A DNA stretch of 64,000 nucleotides from Squalus acanthias (Eukaryota): positions 68,016,001 through 68,080,000 of the forward strand of contig CM059438.1 in NCBI GenBank assembly GCA_030390025.1, read 5' to 3'. Positions within the stretch are counted from its first letter, which is position 1; every line of letters begins with the position of its first letter. The notes beneath the pieces were generated by a model. It was not told where the DNA came from. It saw only the letters and a program-made list of their open reading frames with translations, and did not search any database. A program made the position numbers and the translations under genes. Below are positions 12,004 to 23,017 of the stretch, piece by piece.

Positions 12004-13009
12004 GCTGCTTGCAGATGCCTCCTTTGGGGAAGTGCTCTTTTCAAGTAGGGAGAGGGTCTTCCAAGGAGGTCCCACAGTTGATGGAGTCAAGCTGCAGCAC
12101 CTCCGACTTTGCAAGGCCTTCTAAAAGTGCTCAGAGACCTTTTTAAAGCCAAGGTCTGGCACCTGCAAGTAATCCTTGCTGCAATAAATGATGTCTTGTT
12201 AGACCTGCAGCAGTGAGGAGGCCACCCACGAGTCAACCCGCCAGGTTTACCTGGCGTGGTTTAGGAGGTGCGTGGATCATGCCGAAATGCTGGAAAAATT
12301 ACGAGGGCCTCTCAAAATGCGCTTAGAGAGGCCCTTAACGAGCATTTAAGGATGTTAAATAGCGCAATGGCTAACTGGAGGCGGGAGCGTTCCCCGACCT
12401 CCAAAACCGGCACCGGCAAAATCCCACGGAGGCGGGTTGGAGGCGGGTTACAAACCCGACCTCTTTGAATCTGATTTTACCGCCTTTCCCGCCTCCAAAC
12501 CCACCTCCACCGACGTCAGAAAATTGCCCCCTGTGTTACTGATCACCGTGTTACTGACCGCCGTGTTACTGATCGCCGTGTTACTGACAACCGTGTTACT
12601 GACCGCTGTGTTACTGACCGCTGTGTTACTGACCACTGTGTTACTGACCGGCGTGTTACTGATCACCATGTTACTGACCGCTGTTTTACTGACTGCTGTT
12701 TTACTGACCACTGTGTTACTGACCGCTGTGTTACTGACCACTGTGTTACTGACCTGCTGTGTTACTGACCACTGTGTTACTGACCACTGTGTTACTGACC
12801 AGCATATTACTGAGCGCTGTGTAACTGACATTCATGTTACTGACCACTGTGTTATTGACCGCCGTGTTACTGACCACTGTGTTACTGACCGCTGTGTAAC
12901 TGACCGCTGTGTTACTGACCACTGTGTTACTGACCACTGTGTAACTGACCGTGGTGTTACTGACCACTGTGTTACTGACCACTGTGTAGCTGACCGGCGT
13001 GTTACTGAC

Positions 13010-13460
13010 CATAGAAACATAGAAACATAGAAACTAGGAGCAGGAGTAGGCCATTCGGCCCGTCGAGCCTGCTCCACCATTCAATACGATCATGGCTGAT
13101 CATCCAAATCCAGTACCCTGTCCCTGCTTTCTCACACAGAATCCCCATCGAGCCTGCACCGACATCATATCCCACCCTATCCCCGTAACCCCACGTATTT
13201 AATTCCCCCTAACATATCCCATCCTATCCCTGTAACCCCACATATTTAATCCCCCCCTAACACTAAGGGTCAATTTATCATAGCCAAATCAACCTAACCC
13301 ACACATTTTTGGACTGTGGGAGGAAACCGGAGCACCCGGAGGAAACCCACGCAGACACGGGGAGAATGTGCAAACTCCACACAGACAGTCACCCGAGGCC
13401 AGATTCGAACCCGGGTCCCTGGCGCAGTGAGGCACCAGTGCTAACCACTATGACCACTGT
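13010..13460 (-). mobile_element. V-SINE/HE1-like tRNA-derived SINE with CR1-derived 3' tail
   Basis: Minus-strand head AGTGGTTAGCAC..GGGTTCGAAT (A/B boxes), V-domain-like core (GTGTGGAGTTTGCACATTCTCCCCGTGTCTGCGTGGGTTTCCTCCGGGTGCTCCGGTTTCCTCCCAC), CR1-like tail ending (TTTCTATG)3. Confidence 0.85.
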
Positions 13461-16400
13461 GTTACTGACCGCTGTGTTACTGACCTTCATGTTACTGACC
13501 ACTGTGTTATTGACCGCGGTGTTACTGACTGCTGTGTAACTGACCGCGGTGTTACTGACCGCCGTGTTACTGACCGCCGTGTTACTGATCGCCGTGTTAC
13601 TGACAACCGTGTTACTGACCGCTGTGTTACTGATCACTGTGTTACTGATCGCCGTGTTAGTGACCACTATGTTACTGACCGGCGTGTTACTGACCGCCGT
13701 ATTACTGATCACTGTGTTACTGATCACCGTGTTACTGACCGCTGTGTTACTGACCACTGTGTTACTGACTTCTGTTTTACTGACCACTGTGTTACTGACC
13801 GCTGTGTTACTGACCACTGTGTTACTGACTGGCGTGTTACTGACCGCTGTGTTAGTGACCACTGTGTTACTGACCTTCGTGTTGCTGACCGCTGTGTTAC
13901 TGACCTTCGTGTTACTGACCACTGTGTTACTGACCTTCATGTTACTGACCACCGTGTTACTGACCTTTGTGTTACTGACCACTGTGTTACTGACCACCGT
14001 GTTACTGACCTTCGTGTTACTGACCACTTTGTAACTGACCACTGTGTTACTGACCTTCGTGTTACTGACCACTGTGTTACTGACCTTCGTGTTACTGACC
14101 GCCGTGTTACTGACCTTCTGTTACTGACCGCTGTGTTACTGACCACTGTGTTACTGACCGCTGTGTTACTGACCACTGTGTTACTGACCGCGGTGTTACT
14201 GACTACTGTGTTACTGACCGCCGTGTTACTGACCGCAGTGTTACTGATCACTGTGTTACTGAACACTGTGTTACTGACCACGGTGTTACTGACCACTGTG
14301 TTACTGACCACTGTGTTACTGACCTTCGTTTTACTGACCACTGTGTTACTGACCGCAGTGTTACTGACCACGGTGTTACTGACCACTGTGTTACTGACCT
14401 TCATGTTACTGACCACCGTGTTACTGACCACCATGTTACTGACCGCCGTGTTACTGACCACCGTGTTACTGACCACTGTGTTACTGGCCACTGTTTTACT
14501 GACCACCATGGTACTGACCGCCGTGTTACTGATCGCTGTGTTACTGACCGCCGTGTTACTGGCCACTGTGTTACTGACCACCGTGTTACTGACCACTGTG
14601 TTACTGACCGCTGTGTAACTGACCGCCGTGTTACTGACCACTGTGTTACTGACCGCTGTGTTACTGACCGCCGTGTTACTGGCCACTGTGTTACTGACCA
14701 CCGTGTTACTGACCACTGTGTTACTGACCACTGTGTTACTGACCGCTGTGTTACTGACCTTCGTTTTACTGATCACCTTGTCAGTGATCATCATTGTTAC
14801 TGACGACCGTGTTACTGATCACTGTGTTACTGACCGCCATGTTACTGACCACCATCTTTCCGTTTTTAGAATCCCACTCTCTTGAAAAGCCATTTGGCAA
14901 TTTTAACTCTCTTCGTGACAAGTTTTCAAAACGTAACTGTGAGGCTTGAACATTAATCCTGGCAATATGTGTCTGCATTTTTCTCCTTCAGCACGCGGAA
15001 AATCTGAACGAAGAATTGAGTAACAGTGTCACTTTTTAAGCAAGTAAAGCTTGAATGGAATTAGCCATCCGGCGTGGGGTAATCTGCTTCACACGGATTG
15101 ATTTTTTATCCCTAATGACCTGCTGTTAGTTGCTGCCATAACTTGCAATGGATGCACTGATGTAAAAATCATGAATCAACGCAGATGAAAGAGCTCACCA
15201 TCCCAAGGAAGAAAATAGACCTCGTGGTTGTTTAGTATGTTAGAGATGTTCCCACAGCTATTGCATTACTGCTGCAAATTTCTAACTAATAATTACAGGA
15301 ATTTTTTTTATCAGAAGCATTACTTAAATTAAATACTGAAACCTTTGACTTTATCACTGCAAGCTGCATAAAAAATAAAGCCAGTCGCATGAACCGTTAT
15401 TTTTCCTGGCAAAGAAAGAAGGGGTTAGTTGATTCAGGACTGAAATCCTTCTGGACTCACCACGACCCTCACTGGGACACCCAGTGTAGCACCGTGTCCT
15501 CCAGACCAGAAGGTGGCAGGTTCATGCCAGGTCCGCACTGACTCAGCCAGGGCAATGGCCGGGGCATTAGAATTGGCCTGTGGGACCACCGCTGATCTGT
15601 GGGGCTGTTACTGTGATGTTCAGCATCCATTGCACTGTGGCACATTGCGGGGATACTGAGGCCTGAGGGCTGTTCAGCACCTGGTGCACAGGGCGGTGTG
15701 ACAGCGGTGTCCTGAAGCCCATCTAGCACTGAGAGCTCAGGCACTAGTCAAGCGCTAGGCTTATTAAGGGCTGAATTTTTCTTTAATTAGGGAATGGCAC
15801 CATCATCGATTTGGACTGCCTGAACGTCGCTTCAGACATTCAGGACGGAATATTTACCTGGGAGCGGGGGAGGTGGGGGGGGTTCCTAGTAGTGCGTCAG
15901 CGGCTTTTTAACCCACCCACTGCATTTGCATCTGACTACCATGTTTCCCGAGCAATTAACGCGAGCGGGCCTGATGACGACATGAATGGGTTTATTTCAG
16001 CTGAGCTATTTAAGGGAACACTGAAAAGATGACAGTTGAAGGATTGTGGAGGTGGGAGAAAGATTGGTCAGTGATTAAAAATGGATTCTCAACATTCCAA
16101 AGCCGCCCCTCGCTTCAGTGAAGCCTCCCTGGTCCTCATGCTGCGAGGTGTAAGGGCCCGCAGGGAAGTTTTGTTCCCTTCTGACGGGAGGAAGAAGCCA
16201 GCCTCACTTACGAAGAAGGGCATGGCTGGAGTTAGCGGAGGAGGTGAGCAGCAGTAGGAGTGTGGTGGCTCGCTCCTGGATACAATGCAGGAAGAGATTT
16301 AATAACATCATGAGGTCAGGAAAGGTGAGTACAATGCCACATTCAACTACACCCTGATGTGCATGCCACCCCAACCCCCTCACTCTGCCTTCCCAAGCCT

Positions 16401-16475
16401 ACTCCTGCACATCACTCCTCACACCAACGTTCCTTGCAGACGCACCCATCCCTCTCTGCCTATGCACTTCTTCAT

Positions 16476-16585
16476 AATAAAAACAGAAAATGCTGGAGAT
16501 ACTCAGCAGGCCAGGCAGCATCTGTGAAGAGAGAAACAGAGTTAACGTTTCAGGTCGATGACCTTTCGTCAGAACTGGAAAAAAG
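16476..16585 (-). mobile_element. Penelope-like element terminal (pLTR) fragment
   Basis: Near-identical to 18431-18525 and 41161-41252. Carries a hammerhead motif, a known feature of Penelope-like pLTRs. Confidence 0.65.
16540..16576 (-). ncRNA. Minimal type I hammerhead ribozyme motif
   Basis: Minus strand: AGUU-CUGACGA-A-AGGUC-AUC-GACCU-GAAA-CG-UU-AACU. This gives stem I AGUU/AACU, a CUGANGA core, a 5-bp stem II, GAAA, a palindromic ACGU helix III and a GUU triplet. Confidence 0.65.
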
Positions 16586-17190
16586 CAGTATTTCCGCGCC
16601 GGGCTTGAAATGTCCACCCCCAAAGGGACGTAACCGAATTTCCTGCCATAGAATCATAGAATGGTTACAACATGGAAGAAGGCCATTCGGCCCGTCGAGG
16701 CCGTGCCGGCTCTCTGCAAGAGCACCTCAGCCAGTTCCACTCCCCGCCCTTTCCCCGTAGCCCTGCAAATGTTTATCTTTCAGGTACTTATCCCATTCCC
16801 ATTTGAAAGCAGTGATTGAGTCTGCCTCCACCACCTTTTCAGGCAGTGCATTCCAGATCTTAACCACTCACTGCGTAAAAAAGTTTTTTCTTATGTCGCC
16901 TTTGGTTCTTTTGCCAATCACCTTCAATCTGTGTCCTCTGGTTTTTGACCCTTCTGCCAATGGGATCAGTTTCTCTCTATCTTCTCTGTCTAGACACCTC
17001 ATAATTTTGAACACCTCGATCAAATCTCCTCTCAATCTGCTCTGCTGTAAGGAGAACAACCCCAGCTTCTCCAGTCTATCCACGTAACTGAAGTCCCTCA
17101 TCCCTGGAATCATTCACATAAATCTTTTCTGCACCCTCTCTAAGGCCTTCACATACTTCCTTAAGTGTGATGCCCAGAATTGGACATATT

Positions 17191-17953
17191 GGCCCAGAAA
17201 TTTGACTCGGAGGCTTGCCGCGGGGGTAAGGATCGCGCGCGATATCACACTCCGCGCCGGCCGTTGTGTTTTGGGCCCACAGGAACTTCGGGTCCTGGGC
17301 CTCTCCCTAGTGCCGGCGCGCAGTGTGTGCGTGTCCCAGGGGCGCAGTTAGTGCGATGCGACCTCTGGGATCACGTGGGCCATGGAGAGCCAATGGCAGC
17401 ACACCATCTTTCATTCATAGATTTGACAGGAGACCTGTCAAATCTGTGAATTGAAAGAGACCCCAAAAGAACAGCTAAACCTCAAATAAATTTTAAAAAA
17501 ACCCATCACATTAATAAAATAACTATAGTTAAATAAATTAACCACTTTAAACAAAAATTTAAATTTTTGAAAAAATTTAAAAAAAATTTAAAAGTTATAA
17601 AAATAAACTTACCTTTCTTTAAAGTCTCTAAAAAAGATAAACCTGTTGAAAAAAATTAAAAATTATACTTAATTAACTACTTACCTTGTTCAAAGGGGTC
17701 TTATGCCTCCTTTTTTCTTGTGTAAAATCTTCCATACTTACCCTCGCGTTGAAACCTGAAAAAAAACCTAAGTGCGCTGCGTGCGCACAGCCTCTACCGC
17801 GCACGCAGTTCACCTAGGAACCGCCCCCTTCGCCATACCGGAAGTGCCGGTTTCCCGCGCATGCGCAGTGCATGCAGGAAATCAGCACTTCGGGATCGAA
17901 TAAGTGGGAGTACACAGTGCGTACTCTCCCGTATTCGGACGAATTTTTGGGCC
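17191..17953 (-). mobile_element. Harbinger-type MITE, family B copy 2
   Basis: TIRs GGCCCAGAAATT / AATTTTTGGGCC, flanks ATT/AAT. Interrupts a CR1 (empty site TTGGACACAATACTCC at 21991-22006). Confidence 0.9.
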
Positions 17954-18430
17954 AATACTCCAGTTGGGACCGAACCAGTGTTTTATGCAGGTTCATCATA
18001 ATTTCCACGCTTTTGTACTCTATACCTCTATTCATGAAGCCCAGGATCCCGTATGCTTTTTTTAACTGCTTTCTCAATCTGCGCTGCCACTTTCAACAAT
18101 TTGTGCACATTCACCCCTAGGTCTCTCTGTTCATACACTCCCTTTAGGATTGTACCCTTTAGTTTATATTTCATCTCCTCATTCTTTCTACCAAAATGTA
18201 TCACTTCACACTTTTATGCGTTAAATTTCATCTGCCACGTGTCCGCCTATTCCACCAGCCTGTCTATGTCCTCTTGAAGTCTATCACTATCCTCCTCACT
18301 GTTCACTATACTTCCAAGTTTTGTGTCCTCTGCAAATTTTGAAATTGTGCCCTGTACACCCACATCCAAGTCATTAATATATATCAAGAAAAGTAGTGGT
18401 CCTAGAACCGACCCCTGGGGAACACCACTG

Positions 18431-18559
18431 ACGAAAGGTCATCGACCTGAAACGTTAACTCTGTTTCTCTCTTCACAGATGCTGCCTGACCTGCTGAGTA
18501 TCTCCAGCATTTTCTGTTTTTATTTTAGATTTCCAGCATCTGCAGTATTTTCTTTTTGT
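18431..18559 (+). mobile_element. Penelope-like pLTR fragment inserted in CR1
   Basis: 7-bp TSD ACCACTG (18424-18430, 18560-18566). Reverse complement of 16476-16569. Confidence 0.7.
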
Positions 18560-18581
18560 ACCACTGTATACCTTCCTCCAG

Positions 18582-18981
18582 TTGGCTGCTGCTGCCTTCC
18601 CCCTTCCCCTTTCCCCGATAAGCCATCTCCCTCAACAATATCCAAAGTGGTATATCTGTTTGAGAGGGGGATGTCCACAGGGGACCCCTGCACTACCTGC
18701 CTGCACCCACTACTCTGCCTGGTGGTCACCCATTCCCTTCCTGCCTGTGCAGCCTTTACCTGCAGTGTGACCAACTCCCTAAACGTGCTATCCACGATGT
18801 CCTCAGCATCGCGAATGCTCCAGTATGCATCCATTCGCAGCTCCAGCGCCGCAATGCAGTCTGCCAGTAGCTGCAGCTGGATACACTTCCCGCACACATG
18901 GTCAACAGGGACACAGGAAGTGTCCCTGATTTCCCACATAGTGCAGGAGGAGCATGCCATGGGGCTGAGCTGTGCTGCCAT
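18582..18981 (-). pseudogene. CR1 ORF1p N-terminal region (zinc finger, leucine zipper, LSNRY motif)
   Basis: CSSC..CGKC followed by heptad leucines (LQLLADCIAALELRMD) and IPLSNRYTTL, as in vertebrate CR1 ORF1. Truncated at ~18582. Confidence 0.8.
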
Positions 18982-19294
18982 GACTTATCCTTTAATTAAT
19001 TTAAATTAACTTAAATCAAATCAATGCCACAAATTACACTACAATTAAATGATATACTCAAGGGCCCTTGTATACCAGCACTCCCTGCTACACACAGAGA
19101 CCTTAGAAACTATAACCACAAAAATTAGGACCTACTAAACTTTATAAACTATTAACCTTAACTGTCAAACTACAGAGTAGTATAAATACTCACCTGGCTG
19201 TACTCACCCAATCAGCTGCTTCCTCTTGTCCGCGTCACTTTTTGAATTGTGACGTGGCTCTGGAACGCCGCCGCCGGTCTGTGAGATTGGTAAG

Positions 19295-19453
19295 CCTCTG
19301 CAAAAAAGCCAGCGAAAGTGAGTTTAACTACTCACTGTGCTGCTGCTCTCTCAGCTCCCGACACTGGCCTCTGCAAAAAAGCCCGCGAAAGTGAGTTTAA
19401 CTACTCACTGTGCTGCTGCTCTCTCCGCTCCCGACACTGGTCTCTGCAAAAAA
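19295..19453. repeat. 73-bp tandem repeat, ~2.2 copies, upstream of CR1 ORF1
   Basis: Units start at 19295, 19368 and 19441 and are near-identical. Confidence 0.9.
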
Positions 19454-19813
19454 AAAAGAAAAAACACTTATTTTCCCAACACCTGGACTCCCCAAAGTGT
19501 AGGCCATTATTGGTGTCACACAGCTGTCAACTAAACCCTCTATCCCATAAAGACTCCTAGGATGTCTGTCACAAGCACATAGTGATTGATTGAAATTAAC
19601 GCATTGTCCAGCGAGCTATTGAGGACACAATGACACTGCATTCAATATTAGCATAATAAACCCCATTTTGTTTGATAAGGTCCAGCCACAGATACATAAT
19701 AATAATACATTCGGCATTACAGACTTTCACATAGATTGATGTAGTTTAAAAAAAAACTATCAATGGTCAGTATAAACCATATTCATGCTGTGACCAGAAA
19801 AGAGTCAGATAAA

Positions 19814-20605
19814 GTGTCAGCCATGCTTCAGTTGGTAGCACTCTCACCTTTGAGTCAGAAGGTTGTGGGTTCAAGTCCCACTCCAAAGACTTAAGCACAG
19901 TAAATCTAGGCTGAACTTCCAGTGCAGTACTGAGGGAGTGCTGCACTGTTCGAGGTGCCGTCTTTCAGATGAGACGTTAAACCAAGGCCCTGTCTGCTCT
20001 CTCAGGCAGAGGTTAAAGATCCCATGACACTATTTTGAAGAAGAGCAGGGGAGTTATCCCTGGTGTTCTGGCCAATATTTATCCCTCAATCAACATCACT
20101 AAAATAAAACAGATTATCTGGTCATTGTCGCGTTGCTATTTGTTGGAGCTTGCTGTGCACAAATTGACTGCTGCAGTTTTCCTTTACTCACTCATGGGAT
20201 GCAGGCATCGCTGGCAAGGCCAGCATTTATTGCCAGCCCTAATTGCCCGATAGAAGGTGGTGGTGAACCGCCTTCTCGAACCGCTGCAGTCCATGTGGTG
20301 AAGTTACTCCCACAGTGCTGTTAGGGAGGGAGTTCCAGGATTTTGACCCAGCGACGATGAAGGATCGGCGATATAATTCCAAGTCAGGTTGGTGTATGAC
20401 TTGGAGGGGAACCTGGAGGTGGTGGTGTTCCCATGCGTCTGCTGCCCTTGTCCTTCTAGGTGGAAGAGGTCGCGGATTTGGAGGTGCTGCCGAAGAAGTT
20501 TCCTACATTAGTGACTACACTTCAAAAGTACTTCATTGGCTGTAAAGCACTTTGCGACGTCCTAAAGTCATGAAAGGCACTATATAAATGCAAGTTTTTT
20601 CTTTT
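19814..20605 (+). mobile_element. Deu-SINE-like SINE, interrupted at ~20184-20496 by the 3' end of a poly(A) LINE (-)
   Basis: Collinear with 6766-7221. The insert matches 23385-23700 and is flanked by TSD-like AGTTTTCCT / AGTTTCCT. Confidence 0.85.
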
Positions 20606-21462
20606 AAATAATTGAACAAAGACAAAAATGCTTCATTTTTGTCACAGAGCTGACCTCGCATTATGCTGTCAGATCAGTGCCCGACCAGCAAAGGGCGTGG
20701 TGCCGTATTGGTCGTGTATCTTAAACCCCACAACCCTGGACTTCACTGAATAAAGTGAACTCCATTTTGAAGAATAGCTGTGCTTCTGTTTCCAAACACA
20801 ATCATCTGCCAAGTGATTTAATCCTTAAACAGGTGGGAAGTTAGAAAGTCTGGGTAGTAAAACTGCTGTTAGATATAATCAAAGTATATTTTGTATGAAA
20901 AGGCCTTGCAGCAGTTGAACAAAGAACCGGACGCACAGCATGTGCTGAATGATGGAACCCAGCTAATGTTGTGTTTATCTTTTAATAGTTGATTTCTCCG
21001 AAGTGGTAGCTCAGAGCAAGGAAGATGCCAGTTCCTATCTGCTCCATGCAGCAGCTGCATGATGGACCTGTTGGTGTCAATTGATCACGTTCTAGTTTTC
21101 AGAGGTGAAATAAAGGTCCTGGAGCTCTGGGTGAGGAGACTGAAAGGAAGATTTCTTCTGATAGCTTGGAGGGATGGATAGTCTTCTTTTAAATTAACTG
21201 AAGGGGTGAGTTTTCTTTTTCAAATTAACCAATGTCATGTCGGTGTGAACCATCAATACTACAGTTAAAGTGTCAAATGCAGCCTGAATCCAGAACTGGC
21301 AAATGGAGTGACGCAGAGTGGGCCTACACACCGAATTTACATCGCATGAGTTTAATCTTGTGCCAAATTGAAACTGTTTTGCAAGGATGTTAAACACATT
21401 GGGGTAGAGTTTCCGCTTTGGGCACAATCGACAATCTGGAAGAAAATTGAGTTTGAAATTCG

Positions 21463-23017
21463 TAGAATCACAGAATGGTTACAGCACGGAAGAAAGCCAT
21501 TCGGCCCGGCGAGTCCATGCCGGCTCTCTGCAAGAGCACTTCAGCTAGTCCCACTCCCCCGCCCTTTCCCCATAGCCCTGCAAAGTTTTTTCCTTCAGAT
21601 ACTTATCCAATTCCCTTTTGAAAGCCACGATTGAGTCTGCCTCCACCATCCTTTCAGGCAATGCATTCCAGATCCTAACCACTCGCTGCGTCAAAATGTT
21701 TTGTCTTACGTCGCCTTTGGTTCTTTGGCCAATCACCTTAAATCTGTGTCCTCTGGTTCTCGACCCTTCTGCCAATGGCAACAGTTTCTCTCTATCTACT
21801 CTGTCGAGACCCAGATTTTGAACACCTCTATCAAATCTCCTCTCAATCTTCTCTGCTCCAAGGAGAACAATCCCAGCTTCTCCAGTCTATCAACGTAACT
21901 GAAGTCCCTCATTCCTGGAATCATTCTCGTAAATCTTATCTGCACCTTCGCTAAGGCCTTCACATCCTCCCTAAAGTGTGGTGCCCAGAATTGGACACAA
22001 TACTCCAGTTGAGGCCGAACCAGTGTTTTATAAAGGTTCATCATAATTTCCACACTTTTGTATTCTATGCCTCTATTTATGAAGCCCAGGATCCCGTTTG
22101 CTTTTTTAACTGCTTTCGCAACCTGCCCTGCCACCTTCAACAATTTGTGCACATTCACCCAGATCTCTCTGTTCATGCACCCCCTTTAGGATTGTACCCT
22201 TTAGTTTATATTTCCTCTCCTCATTCTTTCTCCCACAATGTATCACTTCGCATTTTTCCGCGTTAAATTTCATCTGCCACGTGTCCGCCCAGTCCACCAA
22301 CCTGTCTCTGTCCTCTTGAAGTCTATCACTCTCCTCCTCACTGTTCACTAAACTTCCAAGTTTTGTGTCATCTGCAAATGTACACCCACATCCAAGTCAT
22401 TAATATATATCAAGAAAAGCAGTGGTCCTAAAACCGACCCCTGGGGATCACCACTGTGTACCTTCCTCCAGTCCGAAAACCAACCGTTCTTCGCTACTCA
22501 CTGTTTCCTGTCACATAGCCAATTTCATATCTATGCAGCCACTGTCCCTTTTATTCCATGGGCTTCAACTTTGCTGGGAAGCCTATTATGTGGCACTTTA
22601 TCAAACGCCTTTTGGAAATCAATGTACACCATGTCAACCGCATTGCTCTCATCAACCCTCTCTGTTACTTTATCAAAAAACCCTATCAAGTTGGTTAAAC
22701 ACTATTTGCCTTTAACAAATCCGTGCTGAGTTTCCTTAATGAATCCTCACTTGTCCAAGTGACTGTTAATTTTGTCCCTGATTATTGTTTCTAAAAGCTT
22801 CCCCACAACGAGGTTAAACTGACCGGCCTATAGTTGCTGGGTTTATCTTTACACCCTTTTTTGAACAAGAGTGTAACATTTGCAATTCCCCAGTCCTCTG
22901 GCACCAGCCCCGTTTCTAAGGAGGATTAGAAGATTATGGCCAGTACCTCTGCGATTTCTTCCTTCACTTTCCTCAGCATCCTAGGATGTATCCCATCCGG
23001 TCCTGGTGACTTATCTC
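21463..23017 (-). mobile_element. CR1 LINE, 5'-truncated, degenerate RT
   Basis: ORF fragments YKTLVRPQLEYCVQFWAP, RLRGDLIEVFKI, WQMKFNAEKCEVIH; CR1 3' tail at 21463. Confidence 0.9.

Larger units (their letters stand above)
10001..12531 (-). mobile_element. PIF/Harbinger transposon, internally deleted, inserted in the satellite
   Basis: Perfect 14-bp TIRs GGGGGCAATTTTCT / AGAAAATTGCCCCC, 3-bp TSD TGT (9998-10000, 12532-12534). Transposase on - and a truncated Myb exon on +. Confidence 0.93.
8750..14853. repeat. 15-bp minisatellite/satellite array, consensus TGTTACTGACCACTG, interrupted by a Harbinger element (10001-12531) and a SINE (13010-~13460)
   Basis: About 200 tandem 15-mers are directly visible. 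They produce the repetitive VLLTT/SNTVV ORFs. Confidence 0.97.
15768..16647 (+). mobile_element. Harbinger remnant with Myb/SANT exon 1 (16081-16324), third subfamily
   Basis: TIR-like GGGCTGAATTTTTC. Exon reads MDSQHSKAAPRFSEASL..GVRARREVLFPSDGRKK..AWLELAEEV..RSWIQCRKRFNNIMRSGK|GTGAGT with one frameshift. TIR-like GAATTTCCTGCC at ~16636-16647. Confidence 0.75.
16647..19453 (-). mobile_element. CR1 LINE with 5' UTR and ORF1 start joined to the distal RT region and 3' UTR (large internal deletion or two abutting copies); hosts two later insertions
   Basis: 3' tail (ATTCTATG)n at 16647. RT C-terminal peptides (LGLFSL..RLRGDLIEVFKI; SGVPQGS at ~18410-18430). ORF1 N-terminus at 18582-18981. Confidence 0.8.

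Noticed and set aside
8750..14853. CRISPR-like array
   Set aside because: Units are contiguous with no unique spacers, there are no cas genes, and the context is vertebrate.
8763..14885. Long ORFs (up to 424 aa) of VLLTT / SNTVV / SVTQW repeats on both strands
   Set aside because: These are by-products of a 15-bp unit that lacks stops in some frames. The array is broken by insertions and has no gene structure.
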